Source of the DNA: Chiloscyllium plagiosum
Lineage: Eukaryota
DNA: 64,000 nucleotides
Direction of reading: 5' to 3'
Assembly: GCF_004010195.1 (NCBI RefSeq)
Contig: NC_057719.1
Location: forward strand, 70,668,692-70,732,691
The notes under the pieces: model-generated
What the model saw: the letters and a program-made list of their open reading frames with translations, nothing else
What the model was told of the DNA's origin: nothing
Database searches by the model: none
Part shown: piece by piece, positions 37,644 through 49,236 of the stretch
How positions within the stretch are numbered: the stretch's first letter is position 1
Layout of the letters: the number at the start of each line of letters is the position of its first letter
Made by a program: the position numbers and the translations under genes

Positions 37644-38410
37644 AGATGTAGGTTTGCTTGCTGAGCAGGAAGGTTCGTTTTTAGACGCTTCTTCACCATA
37701 CTAGGTAACATCATCAGTGAGGCTCCAGATGAAGCGCTGGCAGCATGACCCGCTTTCAATTTATGTGTTTAGGTTTCCTTGGTTGATGATGTCATTTCCT
37801 GTGGTGATGTCATTTCCGGTCATTTTTCTCAGGCGATGGTAAATGGGATCCAAATTAATGTGTTTGTTGATAGAGTTCTGGTTGGAATACATGCTTCTAG
37901 GAATTCTTGTGCATGTCTCTGTTGGCTTGTCCTAGGATGGATGTGTTGTCCCAGTTGAAGTGGTATCCTTTCTCATCTGTATGTAAGGATACTAATGAGA
38001 GTGGGTCATGTTTTTTTGTTGAAAAATGTATTGCTGGAAAAGCGCAGCAGGTCAGGCAGCATCAAAGGAGCAGGAGAATCGACGTTTCAGGCATAAGCCC
38101 TTCTTCAGGAATTCTTGAAGAAGGGCTTATGCCTGAAACGTTGATTCTCCTGCTCCTTTGATGCTGCCTGACCTGCTGTGCTTTTCTAGCAACACATTTT
38201 TCAGCTCTGATCTCCAGCATTTGCAGTCCTCACTTTCTCTTCATGTTTTTTTGTGGCTAGCTGATGTTCATGTACCCTGGTGGCTAGTTTTCTGCCTGTT
38301 TGTCCAATGTAGTGTTTGTTACAGTTCTTGCGAGGTATTTTGTAAATGACATTTGTTTGTTGTCTGGATAGAGTCTTTCAAATTAATTAGCTGCTGTTTT
38401 AGTGTTCTCA
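37644..38410 (-). mobile_element. Penelope-like element family C fragment
   Basis: Homologous to 19830-20360; hammerhead-like tca-ctgatga-tgttacc on minus strand near 37680-37722. Confidence 0.85.
38020..38240. mobile_element. Fold-back PLE family A insertion nested in family C
   Basis: Palindrome centred on gaattc at about 38108-38113; 14-bp TSD tcatgtttttttgt (38006-38019, 38241-38254). Confidence 0.9.
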
Positions 38411-40039
38411 AAACTCGTTGGGAATTTGTGCTGTTTAGTTTCTCAGAGAAGAAGAAGGAAATTGGGAATAACATAGAAATTAGAGGATTCAGCTAATAAT
38501 GAGGTGCAAATGCACAGAAATAAGGTAATTTCCACTCATTACCAACATTCACAACTGCCATTTAAAGTCAAAAAGAAAAATGAGAATTCTGTTTTTACTT
38601 GTTAGTGAGAATTTGATTTTCCAGTTTTGCTGTACTTTCCCAAATATCTTGCCAATACCCAAACTACTTAAAAGAGGATAAAAACGTCTGCCCAAAGTTT
38701 TTATCCTGCAATAGTCTATTATTACCTCAACAATTCGTAAAACTTTCAGAAAGATAGCATAATGACTGTTGGGCGCAAATATATTTGGGTTTAAGATATT
38801 CCATCACAGTTTCACTACAACTAAGCAACATAACTATAATTAAATGCAGAGGAGCATCAAGATGAAGATTGATTACTTCGTAGGGTTACTGAAATAGAGG
38901 TTCATTTGTCCCTCAGGCCTGAGGCTCTCTTTGGTATGTTTGCTGCCCAAGGTATCACACATAATGGTGTGGTGCTGCATACAGCACGCCTGGTCATATA
39001 GACAGAACAGTGGCTGCATAGACCTTGTCTTAAGAAAGGTCAAGGGGAGGGAGAAGTTGCTACAGATGAATGAGGTTCATGTTAATGTGTTCCAATAAGA
39101 TATGTGAGGAGTGAGTTAATTGTTCAGCAATTCAAGACATATGATCAGTCCCCACCTCTGAAAACGTACATAGAGCCCAGTGCATGAACAACTCATATAT
39201 CTCATTAAATAACTCCCTTAATCTTGCATTAAAGAATATTGAAACCATTCTGCTAACATGTATATTAAGGACGTACTGATAATTCAGCTTCAGAAGCTGT
39301 TACGAATGTACATTGCATTCCAACATGCAAAATGTGATAAAGGTGATAAATTTAATTCCCAACACAATAATTGCCTTTTCGTCACTTCTCATCCAATTGT
39401 CAAATCAGTGTGCCTATTTTATGAGAAGATTTCCTCCTTCTATTTCCTGTCTTTATAAGTACACTTCAATTCAAGAATTTGATGATGCAGACCTAGTGTT
39501 TCTTTCTGTAATTTTGGCAAATTGCAAATCATCTTGAAAAAGATCAATATAATTCTTATTCACTTTGAAGACATTTTAAACAAGTTATGTCTTTCAGGTA
39601 AGCTACTAACAATTCACAAAGCAATGAAACAGCAAAATTATATAATTACCCTCCATTTTATATTTTTTTATATTTTAGGGCCACAGGATAAATTATGAAG
39701 TTATCACTCTCCAAATTTGCAGCTATGAAGTTATGCAAAGCAAGTTTTTAAATCTAGCCTGTTAGACAATGGGTATCCAAAGAGTAGAGGTAAGTGTCCA
39801 TCAACTTTAAAATGTAAACAAATGAAAGCACAACCAATAGATTGCATTTTCAGTAATGAAACATAGGGACAAAAGGAAATGAATCAAAAAATGCTCTCAG
39901 GCTGTCTCACAAGAGATTGTTTCTTTGTTTTCTAATGCCTGTGCAAACATATGACAGGATTGTTCAGTGCATTTCAACCACATTAGTTATGTTTTTGTTT
40001 ACACTGTTGAATTTGGAATGATTATTAAAGCTTTATAAA

Positions 40040-40259
40040 AATCATAGAATAGACTCCCTACAGTGTGAAAGCAGGCCCATTGAGTCAAACCAGCCCTCCG
40101 CAGAGCATTCCCCCAAACCCACTCCCATCACCCTGCATTTCCAATGGCTAATTCATCTAACCTACACATCCCTGGACACTATAAGCAATTTAACATGGTC
40201 AATCCACCTAATCTGCACATCTTTGGAATGTAGGAGGAACCTGGAGCACCTGGAGAAAA
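40040..40259 (-). mobile_element. HE1-type SINE truncated by gap
   Basis: Tail and body motifs as in other copies. Confidence 0.85.
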
Positions 40260-40759
40260 NNNNNNNNNNNNNNNNNNNNNNNNNNNNNNNNNNNNNNNNN
40301 NNNNNNNNNNNNNNNNNNNNNNNNNNNNNNNNNNNNNNNNNNNNNNNNNNNNNNNNNNNNNNNNNNNNNNNNNNNNNNNNNNNNNNNNNNNNNNNNNNNN
40401 NNNNNNNNNNNNNNNNNNNNNNNNNNNNNNNNNNNNNNNNNNNNNNNNNNNNNNNNNNNNNNNNNNNNNNNNNNNNNNNNNNNNNNNNNNNNNNNNNNNN
40501 NNNNNNNNNNNNNNNNNNNNNNNNNNNNNNNNNNNNNNNNNNNNNNNNNNNNNNNNNNNNNNNNNNNNNNNNNNNNNNNNNNNNNNNNNNNNNNNNNNNN
40601 NNNNNNNNNNNNNNNNNNNNNNNNNNNNNNNNNNNNNNNNNNNNNNNNNNNNNNNNNNNNNNNNNNNNNNNNNNNNNNNNNNNNNNNNNNNNNNNNNNNN
40701 NNNNNNNNNNNNNNNNNNNNNNNNNNNNNNNNNNNNNNNNNNNNNNNNNNNNNNNNNNN
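40260..40759. other. Assembly gap (500 N)
   Basis: Ns in sequence. Confidence 0.99.
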
Positions 40760-41130
40760 GCAAGCACCTTGTGAATCGTATTCTCCTGCTTTCAGATATC
40801 CATGTGGAAAACAAAGTCTGTGCTTGCACCAGCAAATATGGCCACTATTAGTTTAATGGAGGATGCACTATGGGCCGGCTGATGTTGTTGATATTCCCTC
40901 AGAAATCCTAAGAGGTTCTGGTGGTGAAGAAGTTGAGGACCACAATGATTTTGACAACAATGTCTGTGCGATACTAACTGTGACAATTGGTTCTGGGTTT
41001 TGTTGAAGGAGGTGACACAATTAAGCCACAGTCTCCCTAGAGAAACACAACTCCCTTTATACATTGCTCCTCAGAGACTTGCAGATCCTTTATTCTGAAC
41101 CAATTAATTTTTGAGAGGGTTCGGATTCCT
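40760..41130 (-). mobile_element. PIF/Harbinger transposase relic (N-terminal part)
   Basis: 'VSEEQC', 'ETVA*LCHLLQ', 'VVKIIVVLNFFTT', 'NISRPIVH' resemble the HARBI1-like N-terminal HTH region. Confidence 0.65.
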
Positions 41131-41367
41131 GTGACATGCTTCTTCTCTATGCTGTCTATAGCTCTCCATGTTCCTCCTCTAGCTGCACCTCTTCCTGTAG
41201 GGTTGAAATACCAGAATACCTACTCAAATCAAAACAAATGCATTCATTGCCAGTTGAGAACAACGTATAGCTCATTCAGATACTTTAAAATAAGCACAAC
41301 GGAACAGAAACAAAACGTTCCTGAAATCTTACAGAATTTTATCTCAGAGAAGGTGAAAATAATGATT

Positions 41368-41692
41368 TGGCGTGGTACGGTGGCTCAGAAGCTCAGTGAC
41401 TAGCACTGCTGCCTCACAGCATCAGGGTCCTAGGTTCGATTCCAGCCTCAGGTGACTGTCTGTGTGGAGTTTGCACATTCTCCCCGTGTCTGCATGGGTT
41501 TTCTCCAGATGCTCCAGTTTCCTCCTGCAATCCAAAGATGTGCAGGTTAGGTGAATTGGCTATGCTAAATTGTCCATAGTGTAAGGTGCATTATTCAGAG
41601 GGAAATAGATCTGGGTGGTTTACTCTTTGGAGGGGCGGTGTGGACTGGTTAGGTCGAAGGGCCTGTTTCCACACTGTAGGGAATCTAATCTA
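41368..41692 (+). mobile_element. HE1-type SINE, full length
   Basis: A box tggctcag..., B box ggttcgattcc, tail aatctaatcta. Confidence 0.93.
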
Positions 41693-42083
41693 ATAACCTG
41701 GTGGAAAATGATTTATCTCACTTTTGCCTGGCAATGGTTGGAGGGTCTGGCAGTACTAAGGTAAAGATCAAAATGGCATTAAGGGTTTTATTTGTTGTAT
41801 TTAACATTCACTGACTTAGATTAATAAGAACCCTGTCTGTTTTACTCAAAATAAGTGAATTAAGCCACTATTCATGCAAAAATATGTGAAGAATTAATAC
41901 AATATTGTGGAATAAACCTACTCAGAATTAAATATGTTTCTCTGGATCAAAATCTGTAAATTATCTTGCAGTGAACTGTTTGGACACAAACTAGAGAACA
42001 CTACACATTTATTCAAGTACTGAAACATTAATAAGGCTCTTTGATGACAATTCTGGTAGCTTCAGCATGTTTTGAGTACAAAT

Positions 42084-42115
42084 GATGCCATCTAGTGACC
42101 TGACTGTGAACTGCT
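42084..42115 (-). promoter_or_regulatory. Candidate CTCF site
   Basis: Minus strand AGCAGTTCA-CAGTCA-GGTCACTAGATGGCATC resembles CTCF core plus upstream module. Confidence 0.35.
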
Positions 42116-42504
42116 GAAAGAAATAACAGTCCGATCAGACCTGAATCTGAATCAGAGTTCACAGCATTTTTTTTTACAGATTGACAAATCATTAGGCTTC
42201 ATGTAGTAGGTTAGGGACATACCTGCATAGGAAAAATAATAGGTTATCCAGCATCACTAGTCTGTTCGGGCACTCAATTAATTTTTGGCTGATCATTATG
42301 TTAACGATCAATCAACCCACATTAAACTCCCCTTATTTTCATAGTTTTGGCAAGCAAAACTATATCAGTCTGAAATTTAAAATATGTAATGAAGCTAGCA
42401 AGCATTGACTGCTGTTTGTGGGAAAAAAAAGTCATTTGAATTGAGAATTTCTGAATGGGTCTGTTGAATGGTCCAGCTCTGATTGAAGCTCAATACTAAC
42501 AAAG

Positions 42505-42748
42505 AATTACAGATGCTTGAAATCAGAAACAAAAACAGAAATTTCTGGACAAGCTCAACAGGTCTGGCAACATCTGTGTGGAGAAATCAGAGGTAATATT
42601 TTGGGTCCAGTGACCCTTCCTCAGAACACCGTTCTAGACCGTTCCAAGGAAGGGTCACTGGGTGCAAAACATTAGCTCTGATTTCTCCCCACAGATGCTG
42701 CCAGACTTGCTGAGCTTGTCCAGCAATTTATGTTTTTGTTTCTGATTT
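42505..42748. mobile_element. Fold-back PLE family D insertion
   Basis: Roughly 110-bp inverted arms; minus strand of left arm reads tt-ctgagga-agggtcactggaccc-aaaa (degenerate hammerhead). Confidence 0.8.
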
Positions 42749-43499
42749 GAAGCTGCTGCTGTGTTTAGCTTCATCTCTCCCTGAGCAAAAAGAGGTCCCC
42801 CCCTATTGGCCCAGTTAGTTGCCTTCAAAATCCAAAAGCCCAATCAAATCTTCCCATAATCTTAATTCCTTTCAAACATGTAAATCAACATTCCTTTATA
42901 TCACTGAAGCTGAGAAAATGATTGATATGACAGTACTATGGAGTGGATATTTGGATTGAGGCATTGGGCTCATATGGCAGGAGACAGCTACCTGAGCTGA
43001 CTTCAAGCCATTTCACTTTCGCCCTCCCTCCCATCAATGGTGTTTCCAACATTAGCAGAACTGAGGATCTGATTGTGGAGCACAGTTGAAGGAGAGCGGT
43101 AGAGAGGAGTTGGGGACAGCGCCAGGATGTTGGGGGTGGAGGGGAGTGATGAATGGGTACCAAGACGAGCAGGAAGGAGTGAGCAGGGGGAAAGGAATTG
43201 GAGAAGGAATGAGGGACAAGGGAAGAGAGACAGATAAATAAAGAGGAGTAAGGGAAGCAGTGTGGAGCAAGGAGTTTGGTTGTAGGGAGACCAAGGGGAG
43301 AAAAGTAAAGAGAAGTGATGGAGTGGAGCATGAGGAGCGTTGAGGTGCTGGAAAGTGACTGGAAAGGATGGTGGATATTTATAGAAAAGACTCTTGACTG
43401 GTGGGATGTTTAGGTAAAACCAGGAGCCAGAGAGGACTATAGACACAGAACCCCCTTCTGATTGTCTCTCTATTTCTCTCTCTCTCTTTGCACTGGATA

Positions 43500-44330
43500 C
43501 AGATTCTGATGGTGAAGCCAGAAGTTATTTCCATTCCTAATTGCTCTTGAAAAGATGGTAGTGAGCTGTCATCCTGAATCACTGTAACCTATGTAGTGGA
43601 GACACATCTACAACGTTGTTAGAGAGGGAATTGCAGATTTTGACCCAGTGCCATGAAAGGAATAGCAATATCTTTCCAAGTCAGGATGGTATATGGCTTG
43701 GAGGAGATCTTGCAGTGATGGTGTTCCTATATAATAGCTGGTCTTGTCCTTTTAGGTCATAGAAGTCACAGGTTTGAAAGGTGCTTTCAAAGGAGCTTTG
43801 ACGAGTTATTACAGTGTATATTGGAGATGATGCACACTGCTGTTAAACTGGTGGGTCAGGCACTAATCAAACAAATTGCTTTGTCTTGGTGGTGTTGAGC
43901 TTGTGTGATGGAGGAGTTTCACTCATCCAGCCAAGTGGGGAATATTCCAACACACTCTGACACATGATTTGTAGATGGTGCATAGCTTTGCAGAGTCAAG
44001 AGGTGAAACCACAGGATTCCTAATCTCTGACTTGGTCTTATACCACAGTATCTAGATTGATGAGCCAGTCAGGTTTCTTGTCTACGGTAATTTCCAGGAT
44101 GTTGGTAGTGAAGAATTAAGCAATGATAATGCCATTGAATGTCAACGAGAGATGATTAGAATCTCTTTGTTTAAGAATGTCAATATCTGACCTGATTGTA
44201 TGGTGCAAATGCTATGTTCAACTCATCATCCCAAGTCTGGATTATATTCAGGTCTTGCTGCATATCATGGACAGCTTCAATTAGGAATCATGAATAATGA
44301 TGAATGTTATTCAATCACAAGCAAACATCA
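43500..44330 (-). mobile_element. Decayed CR1/L2-clade LINE 3' portion
   Basis: Collinear with 27160-28230. Confidence 0.7.
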
Positions 44331-45448
44331 CTGTTGGATGTGCTGTCCTTCAAGTCTAAAGAGATCTAGTATGGATAAGATTATCCATCTTTCTGGTCTA
44401 ACTAGAATAATCATCTTGAGTAACCACATACATTTTAGTATATTGCTGCAACTATTTACATGAATACTTTAATATTGAGACTATTAGGAGACAGTTGCCT
44501 CACGTCAATCTCCTAAAAAACACTTTATTTACTCTGACCAAGTTGCCATGACATCATCACAGCAGTTGGTGCTTACTGCAATCAATCATTAATCCTTTTA
44601 AATCGATGCCCAAAAGATTCCTCCCCTTGTCTCTTTTTCCTCATATTTATCATCTTCATGCAGTTTTTTAAAATATATATATATTAATTCCCTATACTCC
44701 CAATAGTCCCTGTGTCTTTGATTTTATAAATTCAGCCAATCTGAAAATATCAGTATTCTCCCCAAAAGTGTTCCCTTTGGACTTGGAAGAATGACAGTTT
44801 GTTATGAGCAGATAGCATCTTTGGGGTGTCTTTTGAAGACTTTCCGCTCTCTCTTGAACTGGAGCATCTTTAATCTCTTCACTTTCTTTTGCAGAAAAGT
44901 TTGACAATCCATGTCTATTATTTATAGCTGTCAGTATAACCCTGCGATAGCAGGCAATGGTTTTCTTTGCAGCATCTTGGAGTTTGCACATTGTTTGTCA
45001 CTTCTAATTGAGCTGTATGCACCATGTCTTCAATTTCTGTTAGTGGAAGTTAGTTTTCATACCACCCGCAGATCTGTGCTGAAGTGGGTGGACTTCTTAG
45101 GTCAACTGTTGGAATATTTTGTGCTTTCTCCTTCCCTCTCAGTGTTTGAATTAGTGAAACCAGCATGTTTACTTCCTCAGTTGTGTTGGTTGGAGATTCA
45201 TTTGTCTTTGATGTGTTATTCTTTATTGGTGTTGGCAATTCTTGGAAGTTGGAGAGGTTTGATATTTTGGTTGAACTTGTTCTTTCTTAATAACTCAGCA
45301 CCGAATGTTAGACTTGAATTTGGCAGAAATAATTGTTTACTGCGCTGTGTTGCAATCAAATTTAGTTTACTTGCTGATACGTCTATTGTTTGTGTACATC
45401 TTCTCCAGTAATGTAAATGGTATAGTTGTCGTCTCTTTGCTTGCACTT

Positions 45449-45945
45449 ATAGAGTCCGAGAGATGTATAACAAGAAAACAGACCCTTCGATCTAACTCGA
45501 CCATGCCGACCTGATATATTCAATTAATCTAGTCTCAGTTGCCAGCATTTGGCCCACAACACTGTAAACCCTTCCTATTCATAAATCCATCCAGTTGCCT
45601 TTTAAATATTGTAATTATACCAGCCTCCACCACTTCCTCTGGCAACTCATTCATCCATGTATCACTCTCTGTGTGAAACAGTTGCCCCTTAGGTCCCTTC
45701 TCAAAACATTCCCCTCTCACCTTAAACCCATGCCCTGTAGTTTTGGATTCCCCTAACATGTGAAAAATAAACCTTTACTATTCACCCAATCCTTAGCCCT
45801 CATGATTTTATAAACCTCTATAAGGTCACCCCTCAGCCTCCAACACTTCAGGGAAACTGGCCCTCGCCTATTCAGCATCTTCCTATAGCTCAAACCCCTC
45901 CAACCCTGGCAATTTTCTTGCAAATCTTTTCAGCACCTTTTCACT
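45449..45945 (-). mobile_element. CR1 LINE 3' end
   Basis: 'GESKTTGHGFKVRGE', 'NELPEEVVEAG'; flanked by short cactt repeat. Confidence 0.9.
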
Positions 45946-46317
45946 TCATTTTGAATTTTGTTTCAATTTGAAATCTGAACTCTCTTTAGATTTCCGAGCC
46001 ATTTAAACCATTTCAGCCAAGCCAATATAGTAACTGCTTTCATCCAAATGACAGTATAAAGTAACATTTTACTCTAAACGCAGGAGGTTCTGCTTTTGAT
46101 AAGATTCTGCTGTGATCTTACAAATCTAGCAAACATTTTCTACTGTATTTTAACTGATGTTTTATTGTTTAATGTCTGGCAGTTTTGAATGAGAGTGGGG
46201 ACAACACTTCTATTTAAGAGTGAATGTTCTTGGGTTGTGAAGTACACAAAATGTTTTTAATATTTTGTGTCTTGTACATTAGAAAATTAGTGTAACATGC
46301 CTTTAATATAAAGTGCA

Positions 46318-46440
46318 ATTAGATTAGATTAGATTAGATTAGATTAGATTACTTACAGTGTGGAAACAGGCCCTTCGGCCCAACAAGTCCACACCAACCC
46401 ACTGAAGCGCAACCCACCCAGACCCATTCCCCTACATTTG
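46318..46440 (-). mobile_element. HE1 SINE 3' end with (ATTAG)n tail
   Basis: attag x6 followed by 'cttacagtgtggaaacaggcccttcggccc'. Confidence 0.88.
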
Positions 46441-47374
46441 TGGGATTTTTTTTTAAATGGCAATGTTTAGGTATGCATGAACACCTCTCTGCCATATCCA
46501 ATTTTGCATTCCTTCCATTTATATTGTAGATAAGCATTGACTGCTACATTACACATAAATTAGTACCTCATATTTTCAAGCATTTTAATAAAATATAGCT
46601 TTTTGATTTTTTTGATTGATTTTTAACTGTTAATTTGATGATTAATTCCAGGTTGATTCAAAGTCATCAATGCTCATTCATGGAATAATTACACAAGGAG
46701 CCCGCCACTATTTTAAACACCTCTATGTTGACCACTTCTATGTTGCTTATAGCCTGGACGCTTATGCCTGAAATGTTCCCAAAAGAAAGTATGACTTATT
46801 TTTAAAATAATATTAAAAACTTGACGATAGATATTCTTACAAGTCTGTTTGACCTGAAGGAATATCGTCACTTTGTGTTATCACTGGGGACTGAGGCTTC
46901 ATTGTCAATATTCTACCATGCTGGAAGGACTGTTTGGTCTTAATGCTGGGCTCTGCTGCAGGAAGAAGAGGAAACTCCTGCTGCAATCAACAAGCCAGGT
47001 AAGTTTGTTTCTCTCCATGCCATCACTGTGAAAAATCACCACTGACTGCCAAATCCATACCACAACATTAAATTTGATAAAAGTTCTATAAGACTTCCAA
47101 TATTTCAGGGCACCACTGTAATTGGTTCTGACTCTCATCCTCAGAATACTGCTTTACCTGGGCTCTACAATACCTGGTCTTCATTATACTCAACCTCCAG
47201 TATTGAAGCATACCTTGTCGCAATTATATCAGATCTCAAGTATATTTGATATCTACTACAGATAAGAATATATAGGTTCCAGTGTACAGACACTCCAGTT
47301 ACTCTGACCTACGATCTCCTGTGCTACAGTATAGCCCAAATATGAAAAGAGTGAAAAACAGGAACCAAACTACA

Positions 47375-47690
47375 GGGTGGCACTGTGTGTAAATGCTTAG
47401 CACTGCTGCCTCACAATGCCAGCCTTGGGTGACTGTCTGTGTGGAATTTGCATGTTCTCCATGTGTCTGCATGCATTTCCACCAGCTGCCAGGTTTCCTC
47501 CCACTGTCTAAAGATGTGCAGGTTAGTTTGATGGCCATGCTAAATTGTCCAGGGATGTGCAGGTTAGGAAAATTAGTCATGGTAAATGTGGAGTTATGGC
47601 AATAGGGTGGAGTGCTGGATCTGGTTGGGATGCTTATTGAAGGGTCAATGCAGATTCAATGGACTGAATGGCCTCTTTCTATGATTGTAC
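47375..47690 (+). mobile_element. Diverged HE1-type SINE
   Basis: 'ttagcactgctgcctcaca...gtggaatttgcatgttctcc'. Confidence 0.85.
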
Positions 47691-48279
47691 AGAAATGAAG
47701 GAAAATCGGTGCCTGAAATGAAATTACATAAATATTGAGAGCTGAAAGGAACATAAAAGCAGAAGGAAAAATTAAGTAGCACAGAACAAAGACAGAGGAA
47801 GATCAATATTGAAACTAAAACATAACAGCAAGAAATGATATGAACACACTGGAGAAGTTAAAGTTCAGAAAATTAAACAGCAAAGTGAAGGAATAACAAA
47901 TAACAAGGGAGAATGAGTTCAGCCAATCCAATGTGACACTTTCAAGCTGAAACATTTAAAAGTAAGGGCACTGCTTGTCACTGGCCACTTGGGTGTTTCT
48001 TTTCTTCCCGGTAGTGGAAACGAATAAAGATTTGTGCACCTTGTGTCTTTCACTGTGTCTCACACCTGCACACACACAACATGGGTGCTGGGGAAATAGA
48101 ATAAGCATGATACATGGATCACAATGCTGCAGAATGGTTTTCAAGCCATCATTTTTTCTTCATCTCTCCCAGCCTCCGATGACTCCCGGCCTCAGTGCAG
48201 ACACAAGGGGGAACCCCGGCCCAGTGTAACAGCCTCCCATCCTGGCTTAGCGGCCTCCTGTGGCTGTCTCTCAGCCTGG

Positions 48280-48510
48280 AGGAGAAAGTGAGGTCTGCAG
48301 ATGCTGGAGATCAGAGCTGAAAATGTGTTGCTGGAAAAGCGCAGCAGGTCAGGCAGCATCCAGGGAACAGGAGAATTGACGTTTCGGGCATAAGCCCTTC
48401 TTCAGGAATGGCTTTCCTGAAGAAGGGCTTATGCCCGAAACGTCGATTCTCCTGTTCCCTGGATGCTGCCTGACCTGCTGCGCTTTTCCAGCAACACATT
48501 TTCAGCTCTG
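48280..48510. mobile_element. Young fold-back PLE family A insertion with a hammerhead core in each arm
   Basis: 97-bp arms 48312-48408 and 48414-48510 with one visible mismatch; 16-bp TSD ctgtctctcagcctgg (48264-48279, 48508-48523). Confidence 0.93.
48413..48448 (+). ncRNA. Minimal hammerhead ribozyme motif (mirror copy on minus strand at 48374-48409)
   Basis: CUGAAGA-A-GGGC(UUAU)GCCC-GAAA-CGUC. Confidence 0.75.
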
Positions 48511-49127
48511 TCTCTCAGCCTGGCATGGCCTTAGCATGGTCACCTGGTCTTGAGGCGATACCAAACCAATCTCCCAGTCTCATGATTCTCAAGATGAAGC
48601 CTGGTGCAGTCTGGAGCCAGCACCCAGTGCAGACTGGAGGCCACAAGCCAGTGTGGGGCAGGTTCTGGGCTTAAATGTTTGCAATACTGGACACTTTATT
48701 TCCCTATTTTCTCAAATCATGTAACTAAGGAAGTTGTACCTAAGATGGTGCTATAAGTGGTGCTTTTCACTGTACTCATTTGTGTATATGTGACAATAAG
48801 GCTAATTCAATTTAGTTCAAACTAGCACACCTGAGAAGAAATAGAGAGTCGTTCCAACTCTGACAATTGCATTAAGTGTCCAGGATAATGGGCTTCAAAA
48901 TATTGATGCTCCAGAAGGAGCTGATCTCCTGTTTAGGCAAACTCTGGTATATTGATGCTCTTGCAGATTGCTTTTAATCAACCTGTTTAGACATGCTGTG
49001 ATACAGCTCCAGGCAGCTAGGACTCGAACCCCAGAGTGTCTTCATAAGGTCCAATGCTAATTGCACAATCGTTCAATTGTATCCAGGTGAAAGGCATTAA
49101 TGGGAGATTCCTGAAGTATTCATCAAA

Positions 49128-49236
49128 AGGCCCCTGTGATACAACAGCAGTGTCTCTATCTCTGAGCTAGGAGGCCTGAGTTCAAGTCCTACCTGCTCCA
49201 GAGGTGTGTCATACCATTTCTGAACAGGTTGATTCA
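49128..49236 (+). mobile_element. Short tRNA-derived SINE (inverted partial copy at 48975-49035)
   Basis: B-box-like gagttcaagtcc; homologous to 52181-52290. Confidence 0.6.

Noticed and set aside
40162..40835. Long ORFs of 183-218 aa
   Set aside because: Artefacts of translating the N gap
41368..41450. tRNA gene
   Set aside because: tRNA-like A/B boxes run directly into the HE1 SINE body; the same applies to other SINE heads
42936..43446. Pro/Ser/Leu-rich ORFs
   Set aside because: Purine/pyrimidine-skewed low-complexity sequence, probably an old LINE remnant
44911..45411. 166-aa hydrophobic membrane protein on plus strand
   Set aside because: Likely the T-rich antisense shadow of the A-rich minus strand; no recognisable domain or splice support
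48312..48510. miRNA precursor or DNA-transposon MITE
   Set aside because: Arms are PLE terminal repeats, asymmetric, with a long variable TSD rather than TA or fixed-length TSD; small-RNA production cannot be judged from sequence
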